A stretch of 64,000 nucleotides of DNA, taken from Bacteroidota bacterium. GTDB lineage: Bacteria > Bacteroidota > Bacteroidia > Cytophagales > UBA9547. Location of the stretch: positions 26,612 through 90,611 of the forward strand of contig JANRJY010000115.1 of NCBI GenBank assembly GCA_033763735.1, written 5' to 3'. The stretch's first letter is position 1, and each line of letters begins with the position of its first letter. A model generated the notes under the pieces. It searched no databases. It saw only the letters and a program-made list of their open reading frames with translations, and was not told the DNA's origin. A program made the position numbers and the translations under genes. Of this stretch, positions 53,930-64,000 are shown in pieces.

Positions 53930-56413
53930 ATGAAAACTTCTCTACTTGTATTGAATTTATTTATTTCAGTTGCTATTTCAGCACAATCTTACCAACACGG
54001 AAGAGTTGTCGTCCATCCCGGTAACCGTTATTTTCAATATGAAGACGGTTCGCCTTTTTTTTATCTGGGAGATACCGATTGGGAGCTTTTTCATCGATGT
54101 AGTAGAGAAGAAGCCCATTTGCTGATTAAAAATAGGGCAGAAAAGGGATTTACGGTGTTGCAAGCGGTTGTTTTAGCAGAATTGAATGGGGTAAATGATC
54201 CAAATGTATATGGAGATTTACCGCTTCTCAACAACAATCCATTAACGCCCAATGAAGCCTATTTCAACCATGTGGATTACATTATCAATTTGGCGGATGC
54301 GTACGGACTTCAAATTGCATTACTCCCCACTTGGGGAGATAAAATTACCCCGAACATTGGTGTCGGACCTGTAATATTCTCTAAGCCGGAAGTTGCGCAA
54401 GCCTATGGAGAATTTTTAGGCAAAAGGTATAAGGATAAAAAAAATATCATTTGGATGCTTGGAGGCGATCGTCAATGGGAAGGCTATGAAGCCATATGGA
54501 GAGCGATGGCTAAAGGAATTACCATTGGTGTAGCCGGAAGTGAGGATTATTCCAAAACCACAATGACTTTGCACTCATATGGAGGTACTACTTCATCTCA
54601 ATTGTTTCATAATGATAAATGGTTGGACTTTAACACATGGCAAACAGGGCATTGTTATGCCATACCCACATATGACAAAATATTTAGTGATTACTCCAAA
54701 ACGCCTCAAAAACCCGTTATTGATGGTGAACCATTATATGAAGAGCATCCGATTTGTTTTGATGCATCCAAATATGGCTTTTCTACTGATTACCATATCA
54801 GAAGATTTATTTATCACGATTTATTTGCTGGAGCCGCGGGGCACACATATGGTTGTCATGCCATTTGGCAAATGTACCTAGAGCCCAGAAGCCCATTAAA
54901 CAACCCTAGAAGAAATTGGATCGAATCATTGAATCTGCCCGGTTCATTTCAAATGGAATATGCACGCAGATTGGTTGAGTCTAGGCCATATTTTAGCCGC
55001 ATTCCTGATCAGAGTTTGATAGTTTCAGATGTTGGAACTAATAATGACCGAATTACCGCCACCCGCGATGCTAATGGCACTTATGCTTTCGTGTATTCCG
55101 AACAAGGCAGGCCTTTTTCGTTGAATTTGAATAAATTAAGTGCTAAGTCTTTCAAAACTTATTGGTTTAATCCCAGAACCGGAAATACTGAAATAGCACA
55201 AATTGTGGAGAGTGCACCTGAAATTAAATTTGTCCCTCCCACAAATGGTTTAGGAAACGATTGGGTTCTTATAGTTGATGATATTACTAAGTCCTATCCG
55301 TATCCTGCTAAACCAATCAAAAATTTGACCAGTTTATTGCCTCCTACCGAATTAAAAGCTATAAAGGTTAAGGATGTTAGCTGTTTGCTGCAATGGAAGA
55401 GCCCGTTAATTAAATGTGCTTTTAAAATATATGTCAATGATCAATTTTATGGAGCCACAGCGGATTCAAGTTATCTGATTCAAGATTTGAAACCGGGAAG
55501 TAATTACAAAATTAGTGTAAGAAGCTTTCATGAAGGGAATGCAAGCAATAATGCAATCGATATGAACATTAATACACAAAAAGAGGTAATAGCAACCGCT
55601 CTAATTGCCTCACGAAAAGAATTGGTTATGAAAACCGGAATGGAAGAAGTAATCACTTTCAAAACCATACCAGAAGCCATTTCAATCAAAAGTCAGTTGA
55701 AATTTGAAAGTTCCGATACTTCCGTAGCCGAATTTTTATCTCTCGGAATTATAAAAAGCAAAAAACCGGGTTCGGTAATTCTTAAGGCCACTAAATTGCC
55801 TGAAAAATTAGAGTCTACAATTTCTGTAAAAGTAGAAGCCCCAGCAGAATTTTTGTTGGTAGATAAAATTGATGCCAGATTTATTATTGACGGAGAATTA
55901 AACGAGTCTTTTTGGAAGCTCGATAAATCATTAACTAAGGATGCTTTTGGCAAATCAGACAATACGGTTCGTTTTGGATTAGCTTATAACGATAAGTATT
56001 TGTTAGTTGCAATTGAAGTAACAGACAAACAACTAATTAACGATGGCGGAATGCCTTATGATAATGATGGAATTGAAGTATTTGTAGATGGGAATTATGA
56101 TCATAGAAATGGACTTGGAGCTATCTCTGACAGACAATTTATCATTGGTCTTGAAGATGAATTGTCGGAACAAAATAGTAGACTTAAAGGAGTTAAGTCT
56201 GCTTTAAACAAAACTGCAAATGGTTATACTTTAGAAATGGCTATTTCGTTTGATGCCCTTAAAATAGTTCCAAAATCAGGTAGGTACTTGGGGTTTGATT
56301 TAGCCAATTCCGATGATGACACCGGAGGTAAACGTCAGCATTTGAAAGTTTGGAAAGGTGGAATGGATAACTGGAATATTACTCTAAATTACGGTACTTT
56401 AAAGTTGAAATAA
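53930..56413 (+). CDS. Multimodular GH140 with FN3, Ig-like and CBM9-like domains
   Basis: Paralogous GH140 core; LKPGSNYKISV (FN3); ESSDTSVA (Big_2); IDGELNE..W, DGIEVFVD and GYTLEMAI (CBM9-like). Confidence 0.83.
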   Translation: MKTSLLVLNLFISVAISAQSYQHGRVVVHPGNRYFQYEDGSPFFYLGDTDWELFHRCSREEAHLLIKNRAEKGFTVLQAVVLAELNGVNDPNVYGDLPLLNNNPLTPNEAYFNHVDYIINLADAYGLQIALLPTWGDKITPNIGVGPVIFSKPEVAQAYGEFLGKRYKDKKNIIWMLGGDRQWEGYEAIWRAMAKGITIGVAGSEDYSKTTMTLHSYGGTTSSQLFHNDKWLDFNTWQTGHCYAIPTYDKIFSDYSKTPQKPVIDGEPLYEEHPICFDASKYGFSTDYHIRRFIYHDLFAGAAGHTYGCHAIWQMYLEPRSPLNNPRRNWIESLNLPGSFQMEYARRLVESRPYFSRIPDQSLIVSDVGTNNDRITATRDANGTYAFVYSEQGRPFSLNLNKLSAKSFKTYWFNPRTGNTEIAQIVESAPEIKFVPPTNGLGNDWVLIVDDITKSYPYPAKPIKNLTSLLPPTELKAIKVKDVSCLLQWKSPLIKCAFKIYVNDQFYGATADSSYLIQDLKPGSNYKISVRSFHEGNASNNAIDMNINTQKEVIATALIASRKELVMKTGMEEVITFKTIPEAISIKSQLKFESSDTSVAEFLSLGIIKSKKPGSVILKATKLPEKLESTISVKVEAPAEFLLVDKIDARFIIDGELNESFWKLDKSLTKDAFGKSDNTVRFGLAYNDKYLLVAIEVTDKQLINDGGMPYDNDGIEVFVDGNYDHRNGLGAISDRQFIIGLEDELSEQNSRLKGVKSALNKTANGYTLEMAISFDALKIVPKSGRYLGFDLANSDDDTGGKRQHLKVWKGGMDNWNITLNYGTLKLK

Positions 56414-56591
56414 AACCATTTAACTTCTTAGTTTTTATTATTTCCAAATTCGATATAAAATTTATTAGCTCTAATTAATAATGAACTTTTTTCAAATTCA
56501 GTCTAGCGATTATTAGTCTGAATTGCAATGGGTTAAAAAATCTTTTATGAATACATTCTAACATTAATTTGAAGTATTCGTATCAGACTTT

Positions 56592-59500
56592 ATGTTTCCT
56601 TTTAAACGATTTTTTTTCGTTTTTTTTGGATTTTTATTTTTTGGATTTACAAATGTAAGTATTGCCCAAGAGGAATCCTTTCACCGGATTGGAGTCGAAC
56701 ATGGAATAAGTCATTCAGTTATCAATTCCATTCAAAAAGATAAATATGGATTTATGTGGTTTGCAACCGGCAACGGATTGTGCAAGTTCGATGGGAAAAG
56801 TACGAAAGTTTACCTGCCTTCCAGAAAGAACACTAGAATTGGTTTGAAAGATTACAACATCGTGAATATTAAATTGTGCAATAATGGTGATTTAATGTTG
56901 TCATCTTTTAGCAAAATATACAGATATTCTTATTCAAACGATGCTTTTATTGATCTTACTGATTCTGATGAATTCAAGAAAAAACTATCAAATCATGTCT
57001 ATAACAAAATTGAAGTGCTTTCAGATTCTGTTTTATGCATAACAGTATTAAATAAAGCTTTTACTTATAATTTCTATACACATCATATTGATTCTGTTTT
57101 GAATCAGAAACCGGGAGAGGAAGTACAACAAATAACAAATTTTTGTAAATCATTAGAAAAAGGTTTCTATTTCGTTGCTCGATATCAAAGTATCTATAAA
57201 GTTAATCCAATTACAAAAGAGGAGTCCTTGTTTTACAAAATTGAAAACAATTCAAAAATAGGAAGCTATGAGGTTGGTAATCCTGAAATATTTGGGGATT
57301 CACTTTATTTGTCTGTAAGAAATGTGGGGGTTGCCATATTAAATCTGAAGACAAAAGTGATTGATAGAATAATAGACTTATCAAATTATAATTACAATAT
57401 TGCTAATAGTTTTCATGTTTTTAATTCCAATTTATGGATTGGAACATCAGATAATGGAATTTTTAAAGTGAGCCTTAACAATGATTCAATCTATAATTTT
57501 GTGTATGAAAAGTCGAATTTGAATTCGATTCCCTCCAACCAGATAATTTGTTCATATTTTGATCCGAATGGGGTACTTTGGTATGGTTCAGGTGATGGTG
57601 GTGTTTTTTACCTCGATTTGAAAGAAAAAGTATTTCATAAAAGATTTCATGTTGAAGGTAAGGCTAATACATTGCCCTTTAAATCTGTTATCGGCATATT
57701 TGAAGATAGTAAACAAAGAATTTGGTTGGGATCCTGGGTAGAAGGATTCGCCGTTTTTAACCGCAGGAACAATACATTTGAACATGTTAAACCTTATGGT
57801 CCAAACCAGGAGGGTATGGAATGGCATTCGGCTCTTTGTCGATTTGTTGAATTGAAATCCGGAGATATACTTGGGTTAAACTGGATTAATGGATTGTGGC
57901 GAATCAAAAAAATGCCAATTAAATCAAAAGTCAAGTGGAAAATATCGAAAGTGTATGATGAATTGAATGTAACTAATAAAAGCTTAAATTGGAGTGGCAG
58001 GGATATGTGGTACAAGAAGGAAACTGATGAGCTATGGATAGTAACTAATGACAGTAAATTGACAAAATTAAATTTTAAAACAAAAGAAGTTTCTGGTGTT
58101 CAAAAAGTTAATGACACTTCAGAAATACCTCGTCGCAATTATGCTTGGTGTACCATCGAAGATAATAGCCATAATTTATACATTGGATCCAATTTTTTTG
58201 GATTATTTATTTATAATTATCAAAAAAATACATTGAAAAGATATTCAGGGGACAAGTATCATATTCATGGATTTCCAGCCAGTCATGTAAAATGTGCATA
58301 TATTGACAACAAGGGAAAAGTTTGGATGGGTACTGGAGGAGAAGGGCTGATAAGCTTGGATACTGCCACAAAAAAATTTACACAATTCACTACCGATGAA
58401 GGGCTTTCAAATAACGTAATTTATTCTATTCTGGAAGACGACAATAATAATCTTTGGATTAGTACAGATCATGGACTGAGTAAGTTTAATAAATCAACAG
58501 GGATTTTCACTAACTACTTTATCAGCGATGGCTTATTGGATAATGAATACGGTTTCAATTCAGGTTGTAAAGCCAAGGATGGAACGTTGTTTTTTGGAGG
58601 CAAAAACGGTTTTATTTTCTTTAATCCTGAAAGCATTAAAAAGGATAGTACGATAATGCCATTGGTTATTACAAACTTTTCAATTTTTAATAAAAGTGTA
58701 AATATCGGAGACACTATTTTAGGATATATTCCATTGAGTAAAAACATTAATGAAACTAAAGAAATTAGGCTTTCCTATAAGCATTCATTATTTACTATTG
58801 ACTTTGCTGCTTTACATTTTAGAGAACATGATAAAATCAAATACGAATACATGTTGGATGGATTGGATAATTCCGATTGGATTGAAACAGATATTGAACA
58901 TTCTAAAGCAACCTTTACTAATTTGAGTGGTGGAACATATAAATTCAAATTAAGAGCTTATAATCCGGATGGCATCCTTACTCCTGAGAAAACATTACTT
59001 GTTATATATATAGATCCCCCATTCTGGAAGACTTGGTGGTTTATACTTTGTGCTATTCTGATTTCTATAATTTCAATTGTATTGTTTTTTAGAGCAAGGA
59101 CAAAATATTTAGTAAAAAGAAAGAAAATGCTGGAATTACAAGTGGCCGAGAGAACAGAAGATTTGCAAAAAAAGACCATGGAAGTTCAATTGGCAAATGA
59201 AGAATTAGTCGCGCAATCTGAGGAAATCCAACAAAATCTGGAGCAAATTGCACAACAAAATATTCATATTACTCATTTGTATACAGAGCAAACTGATAAC
59301 ATTCAGGTTTCGCAAAGAATACAACAATCCATATTGCCTTTACGCAAAAACATTGAAAGTAATGTAGGTTCAATTTTGCTGTATTACAAACCAAAGGATA
59401 TTGTTAGTGGCGATTTTTATTGGTTCTATGAAACAGATACTTACAATTATGTTGCTATAGTCGATTGTACCGGACATGGTGTTTCGGGTGCTTTCATGAC

Positions 59501-60044
59501 ATTAATGGCTTATAATTTGCTGAATCAGGTATTGTTACAACTGCAAAACCCTACTCCGGCCGAAATTTTAAATCAATTAACCATTTTATTAATTGATGCA
59601 TTGAAACAAAAAACAGATGATGCAATAACAAAGGATGGAATGGACGCATCACTTATTAGAATTTCAAAAAATAAAGGTAAAGTATTGTATGCTGGAGCCG
59701 GATTAAAAACTTATCATATTAGAAATGGAGAGTTAACTCAAATTGAAGGAAATAAATATGCCGTGGGAATTTTGCCAAATCAACGAATGCCTCTATTTGA
59801 GGATAAGGAAATAGATATTGCTAAAGGTGATTTGCTTTACTTGTTTTCGGATGGCATACCCGGGCAATTTGGCGGTAAATCAGGTGATGAAAAACTAAAA
59901 TATGGTCAATTCCGGTCTTATATTGAAACTATTTGCAAGTATCCAATAAATGAGCAAGAAAGCTTAATAGAGAAATTGATATCAGATTGGAAAGGAGAAT
60001 TCGATCAAACGGACGATATGATATTGATGGGCATTCAGTTTTAA
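56592..60044 (+). CDS. Beta-propeller/Y_Y_Y membrane sensor with PP2C (SpoIIE) phosphatase output
   Basis: QKDKYGFMWFAT propeller repeats, FTNLSGGTYKF, PPFWKTWWF, KPKDIVSGDFY, DCTGHGVSGA, DGMD and QTDD motifs. Confidence 0.92.
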   Translation: MFPFKRFFFVFFGFLFFGFTNVSIAQEESFHRIGVEHGISHSVINSIQKDKYGFMWFATGNGLCKFDGKSTKVYLPSRKNTRIGLKDYNIVNIKLCNNGDLMLSSFSKIYRYSYSNDAFIDLTDSDEFKKKLSNHVYNKIEVLSDSVLCITVLNKAFTYNFYTHHIDSVLNQKPGEEVQQITNFCKSLEKGFYFVARYQSIYKVNPITKEESLFYKIENNSKIGSYEVGNPEIFGDSLYLSVRNVGVAILNLKTKVIDRIIDLSNYNYNIANSFHVFNSNLWIGTSDNGIFKVSLNNDSIYNFVYEKSNLNSIPSNQIICSYFDPNGVLWYGSGDGGVFYLDLKEKVFHKRFHVEGKANTLPFKSVIGIFEDSKQRIWLGSWVEGFAVFNRRNNTFEHVKPYGPNQEGMEWHSALCRFVELKSGDILGLNWINGLWRIKKMPIKSKVKWKISKVYDELNVTNKSLNWSGRDMWYKKETDELWIVTNDSKLTKLNFKTKEVSGVQKVNDTSEIPRRNYAWCTIEDNSHNLYIGSNFFGLFIYNYQKNTLKRYSGDKYHIHGFPASHVKCAYIDNKGKVWMGTGGEGLISLDTATKKFTQFTTDEGLSNNVIYSILEDDNNNLWISTDHGLSKFNKSTGIFTNYFISDGLLDNEYGFNSGCKAKDGTLFFGGKNGFIFFNPESIKKDSTIMPLVITNFSIFNKSVNIGDTILGYIPLSKNINETKEIRLSYKHSLFTIDFAALHFREHDKIKYEYMLDGLDNSDWIETDIEHSKATFTNLSGGTYKFKLRAYNPDGILTPEKTLLVIYIDPPFWKTWWFILCAILISIISIVLFFRARTKYLVKRKKMLELQVAERTEDLQKKTMEVQLANEELVAQSEEIQQNLEQIAQQNIHITHLYTEQTDNIQVSQRIQQSILPLRKNIESNVGSILLYYKPKDIVSGDFYWFYETDTYNYVAIVDCTGHGVSGAFMTLMAYNLLNQVLLQLQNPTPAEILNQLTILLIDALKQKTDDAITKDGMDASLIRISKNKGKVLYAGAGLKTYHIRNGELTQIEGNKYAVGILPNQRMPLFEDKEIDIAKGDLLYLFSDGIPGQFGGKSGDEKLKYGQFRSYIETICKYPINEQESLIEKLISDWKGEFDQTDDMILMGIQF

Positions 60045-60193
60045 TAATGTGATCCATTTTTTTTAGTTTTAACTAGATTTATTGTTTAAAGTTCAGATTG
60101 CATAATTGTTGTTTCGGCTTCAATTTTGAATGTTTCAATCTGTTTCCATATTGTCTATTAGAGGCAACAAAATAGTTTTGAAGAAAAAAAACT

Positions 60194-60967
60194 ATGAAAA
60201 TTATTTCCGAGCTATTTTATCGAAATGAATCACTAGCCTGGTTTGGATTAGCCAATTTGATATTATTTGTGTTGGCATGGGTTGCATATATAGTTGATAA
60301 TCGAATACTTAATGGCGTAAATGTTTGGGTTAAACCTATGAAATTTGCCTTGGCATTATGGATATTGACATGGACACTGGCCTGGATTATGTATTACTTG
60401 CCTCAAAGCAAAAGTGTATTGATTATACAATGGATTGTGTTGATTACTATGACGATAGAGCAATTATGTATTTTTTCACAGGCGGGAAGGGGAGTGATGT
60501 CTCATTTTAATGTTCAATCCGGTTGGTATAATGGAGCTATATTTCAAGTTATGGGATTTGCAATAACCATCCATACATTTGCAATTACCTATCTTACTTA
60601 TTTGTTTTTTAAGGAATCAGTAGATTTGCCCGACTCCTATTTGTGGGGAATTCGATTGGGATTAGTAATGTTTGTTTTGTTCAGTTTAGAAGGATTTGTA
60701 ATGGGTGCCTTGCTTAAACATACAATTGGAGCAGCTGATGGAGGCAAAGGAATTCCTTTTCTGAATTGGAGTATCAATGCCGGTGATTTAAGGGTGGCTC
60801 ATTTTATTGGTATTCATGCGTTACAAATCGTGCCTTTAGTGGGTTATATTGTAATGATATTAGGAGGCCATTTTGGATATACTTTGGGATTTGGATTTAT
60901 TTACTTTTGCATATCTTGTTTTACTTTTGTCCAAGCAATGTTGGGCAAGCCACTATTTGGATTTTAG
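60194..60967 (+). CDS. Conserved membrane protein
   Basis: About 7 TM; WVKPMKF, RGVMSHFN and GDLRVAHFIGIHALQ motifs. Confidence 0.7.
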   Translation: MKIISELFYRNESLAWFGLANLILFVLAWVAYIVDNRILNGVNVWVKPMKFALALWILTWTLAWIMYYLPQSKSVLIIQWIVLITMTIEQLCIFSQAGRGVMSHFNVQSGWYNGAIFQVMGFAITIHTFAITYLTYLFFKESVDLPDSYLWGIRLGLVMFVLFSLEGFVMGALLKHTIGAADGGKGIPFLNWSINAGDLRVAHFIGIHALQIVPLVGYIVMILGGHFGYTLGFGFIYFCISCFTFVQAMLGKPLFGF

Positions 60968-60989
60968 TATATTTTAAAATAAAACCTTT

Positions 60990-62492
60990 ATGAAAGAGTT
61001 AAAGGCAGGTTTTTTAACCGCAGAGATCGATAATGGATTTATTAGGTATATCCAATTGAACGAGGCGGAAGTGCTTCAAATGATATATTTTGCTGTGAGA
61101 GATGGTAATTGGGGTACAATTCCATTTCGAATAGAAAATTTTAAGGAAAAAATTGAAGAAAGTGAGTTTAATATTTCATTTGATGCAATTTTTACGACCA
61201 ATCAACCAATGTACAAAGCCAGAATTACCATACTTGGCAATGTCAATAGTACCTTATATTTCAATTTTGAAGGAGAGGCTCTTGAAACTTTTGAAAGGAA
61301 TAGAATTGGATTATGCGTTCATCATCCTTTGAAAGAATGTGTAGGAAATGAATGTAAAATAATTCATTCAGATGGTTCTATTTCATTGGGTCAATTTCCT
61401 CAAAATGTCATGCCACATCAACCATTTAAAAATATTTCTGAAATTGAATGGGGTGATGAGTCGGGCTATCATGCTCATTTGAAATTTGAAGGTGATATAT
61501 TTGAAATGGAAGATCAACGCAATTGGACAGACGCTTCCTTCAAAACATATTCTACACCCCTTGATATTCCTTTTCCAGTACGAGTCAATAAGGGTGATAA
61601 AGTAGTGCAACAGCTTACTTTGCATGTTTCAAAAGTTAATAATGAAGGCATAAAAGCTGCAACTACAATTGTAAAATCTAATATAATAAAGCCAAAAGTT
61701 GGATTGGGTTTGTCTACCTCTACTGATAAATTGACACAATTTCAGGCGAAATTGTTAAATAAACTCAATCTCAATCACATCAGAATAGATGTTAATTTGT
61801 TTAGAAAAGATTGGAAAATACAATTTCATAAATCCTTGGAACAGATTAAACTTATTCCAATAAAAATTGAATTAGTAATCCATGTTAGTCAATATTGGGA
61901 AATAGAAATTCAGAACTTGATTTCTGAAAACATCGACAAAGAAATAATTGACACAATCATTCTTTTCGAATTTCGTAAAGCAGGATTATCAAATGATATC
62001 ATTAGTAAAGCTTTGCCATTGTTGAGAAATCATTTTTACGGTATAAAAATAGGTACAGGTACGGACGCCAATTTTGCTGAATTAAATAGATCAAATATAG
62101 ACCCTAATCCATTTGATTTTTTGACATTTGGAATCAATCCCCAGGTCCATTTATTTGACGATCGGTCTGTTTTGGAAAATGCATATGCACAAAAGGAAGC
62201 GGTTCAATCGGCATTGGTTTTATCCAAAGGGAAACCCATTCACATTTCTGCTATTACATTAAAGCCACGATTTAATGCCGTTGCAAAAGACCCAAACGCC
62301 ATACAAATACCCTTAACTGATGAAAGGCAAACTACAGAATTTTGCGCCAAATGGACTGCAATTAGCTTGAAATCAATCAGAGAAGCGGGAGCTTCATCCG
62401 TTACATATTTTGAAACAGTTGGACTAAGAGGCATAATGAACGAAAATGCATATCCGGTTTATGAGGTATTTGAAAATTATTTGTCAAATTGA
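60990..62492 (+). CDS. Putative D-apionate lactonase (ApnL-like)
   Basis: AVRDGNWGT, NRIGLCVHHP, PHQPF, FEGDIFEMEDQRNWTDASFKTY, NFAELNR and PQVH.FD motifs. Confidence 0.7.
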   Translation: MKELKAGFLTAEIDNGFIRYIQLNEAEVLQMIYFAVRDGNWGTIPFRIENFKEKIEESEFNISFDAIFTTNQPMYKARITILGNVNSTLYFNFEGEALETFERNRIGLCVHHPLKECVGNECKIIHSDGSISLGQFPQNVMPHQPFKNISEIEWGDESGYHAHLKFEGDIFEMEDQRNWTDASFKTYSTPLDIPFPVRVNKGDKVVQQLTLHVSKVNNEGIKAATTIVKSNIIKPKVGLGLSTSTDKLTQFQAKLLNKLNLNHIRIDVNLFRKDWKIQFHKSLEQIKLIPIKIELVIHVSQYWEIEIQNLISENIDKEIIDTIILFEFRKAGLSNDIISKALPLLRNHFYGIKIGTGTDANFAELNRSNIDPNPFDFLTFGINPQVHLFDDRSVLENAYAQKEAVQSALVLSKGKPIHISAITLKPRFNAVAKDPNAIQIPLTDERQTTEFCAKWTAISLKSIREAGASSVTYFETVGLRGIMNENAYPVYEVFENYLSN

Positions 62493-62609
62493 GTCGCATA
62501 ATTTTGCAATTGCTTCACTCATTAAAGAGTCCGATAGTTGTTCAAATTGAAATAATCCAATTAAAAGGGTTACTTTTGTGAGAAATTCACATCAAAAACT
62601 CCAAAAAAT

Positions 62610-63881
62610 TTGTTATTTCAAGACCTTAACCTAATTGAGCCTATACTCAAAGCATTACAAAAAACAGGTTACAAAAATCCAACCCCTATACAAGAACAAG
62701 CCATTCCAATTATTTTGAAAGGAAAAGATTTGCTTGGTTGTGCTCAAACAGGTACAGGCAAAACAGCAGCTTTTGCTATTCCAATAATTCAAAAATTACA
62801 TACTGCTGTAAATCCAACCAGAGGAATAAAAGCCTTAATTTTGACTCCAACCAGAGAACTCGCGATTCAGATTCAGGAAAATATTGAGACATATGGTCAA
62901 TTTACCGGCCTTAAGCACTTGGTGATATTCGGAGGCGTATCGCAAGTGCCCCAAGTGGATAAACTTAAAAAAGGCGTAGATATACTAGTGGCCACCCCCG
63001 GTCGATTATTGGATCTGATGAATCAAAATTGGATCAGACTCAATGAATTGCAAATATTAGTTCTTGATGAAGCAGATCGTATGCTTGATATGGGTTTTGT
63101 AAATGATGTAAAAAAAATCATTGCTAAAATACCTCCTCAAAGACAAACATTATTTTTCTCTGCTACAATGCCTAAAGAAATAATGGCTTTAGCAAATTCA
63201 ATACTTCGCAATCCTGAAAAAGTAGAAGTTTCCCCTGTTTCATCAACAGTAGAAATTATTGAGCAAATGGTATTCTGTGTGGAATCGGCCAACAAGCGAC
63301 CTTTACTCGCTCATTTGTTAAAAGAGAAAAACATTAAAAGCGCACTTGTTTTTACCAGAACAAAACATGGAGCGGATAAAGTTGTCAAAGACTTATTACG
63401 AATTGGTGTCACCGCTGAAGCCATTCATGGAAACAAATCCCAAAATGCGCGTCAAAGAGCATTGAATAATTTTAAAGATGGCGAAACGAGAGTGTTGGTG
63501 GCTACTGATATCGCTGCTCGTGGAATTGATATTGATGACTTGAGCCATGTTATAAATTATGAATTGCCCAATATCCCCGAAACGTATGTTCATCGAATCG
63601 GGCGAACCGGTAGAGCAGGGGCTAGTGGTATTGCATATTCCTTTTGTGAGAGAGAAGAGCAAGCCTATTTGAGAGATATTGAAAAATTAATCGGCAAACC
63701 CGTACCGAAGGGTAATATCAATCCATTTACTGTAGTATTTTCAGGACCTATTCCTCCTCCTCCTCCGCAAGGTGGCGGTGGTGGCGGACGCAGCTCACGC
63801 CCTAAAAGTTCTTTTTCCAAAGGAGGTCCGCCAAGTGGTAAAAGGAATTCAGATTCTCGTCCATTCAGGAGGGATAGGTAA
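62610..63881 (+). CDS. rhlE: DEAD-box RNA helicase, RhlE-like
   Basis: [28 protein letters not shown] and [10 protein letters not shown] motifs; Gly/Arg-rich tail. Confidence 0.9.
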   Translation: MLFQDLNLIEPILKALQKTGYKNPTPIQEQAIPIILKGKDLLGCAQTGTGKTAAFAIPIIQKLHTAVNPTRGIKALILTPTRELAIQIQENIETYGQFTGLKHLVIFGGVSQVPQVDKLKKGVDILVATPGRLLDLMNQNWIRLNELQILVLDEADRMLDMGFVNDVKKIIAKIPPQRQTLFFSATMPKEIMALANSILRNPEKVEVSPVSSTVEIIEQMVFCVESANKRPLLAHLLKEKNIKSALVFTRTKHGADKVVKDLLRIGVTAEAIHGNKSQNARQRALNNFKDGETRVLVATDIAARGIDIDDLSHVINYELPNIPETYVHRIGRTGRAGASGIAYSFCEREEQAYLRDIEKLIGKPVPKGNINPFTVVFSGPIPPPPPQGGGGGGRSSRPKSSFSKGGPPSGKRNSDSRPFRRDR

Positions 63882-63906
63882 TAATTTGTGTAACTTATAA
63901 ATTACG

Positions 63907-63952
63907 TCATCCATGAAAAATGGCAAATCGATTTGTCATTTTTCATGGATGA
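63907..63952. terminator. Near-perfect 46-bp palindrome after the helicase gene
   Basis: TCATCCATGAAAAATGGCAAAT-CG-ATTTGTCATTTTTCATGGATGA. Confidence 0.55.
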
Positions 63953-64000
63953 AACACAGCCTTAATCTGACTTTTTGCCAAACTTATTGATTTCATTTTT

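Overview
AT-rich chromosomal window from a Bacteroidota genome, probably Cytophagales (T9SS C-terminal domain, TAnnTTTG promoters, Y_Y_Y sensor, MbnP, HYC_CC_PP and GxxExxY families). Housekeeping genes (purC, pdhB, nadC, hemB, P-II/amt, fmt, lhgO, tig, rhlE) are interspersed with accessory blocks. The main finding is a 5.3-kb integron-like gene-cassette array on the minus strand (14300-19614) with no integrase in the window. It has five cassettes: TIR-like protein, EVE/PUA-like bipartite protein, PD-(D/E)XK nuclease-like protein, an ORF-less structured unit, and a PLP dehydratase. The cassettes are separated by 136-204 bp hairpin sites. The two ends of each cassette are reverse complements of each other, and three sites share a non-canonical geometry (4-nt asymmetry, G.T wobbles at +16 and +19). 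An attI/Pc-like leader precedes the array. Also present: a putative oxidative apiose-utilisation locus (two GH140, ApsD-, ApnO-, OiaC- and ApnL-like genes); a copper/heavy-metal cluster with Cys-rich leader-like ORFs, an atypical MbnP and a metallothionein-like lipoprotein; a MITE with a 7-bp target duplication; a 21-bp tandem repeat; a HEPN-MNT pair; and several short repeat families. No rRNA, tRNA or CRISPR array was recognised. All functional calls come from motif recognition by eye, not database searches.
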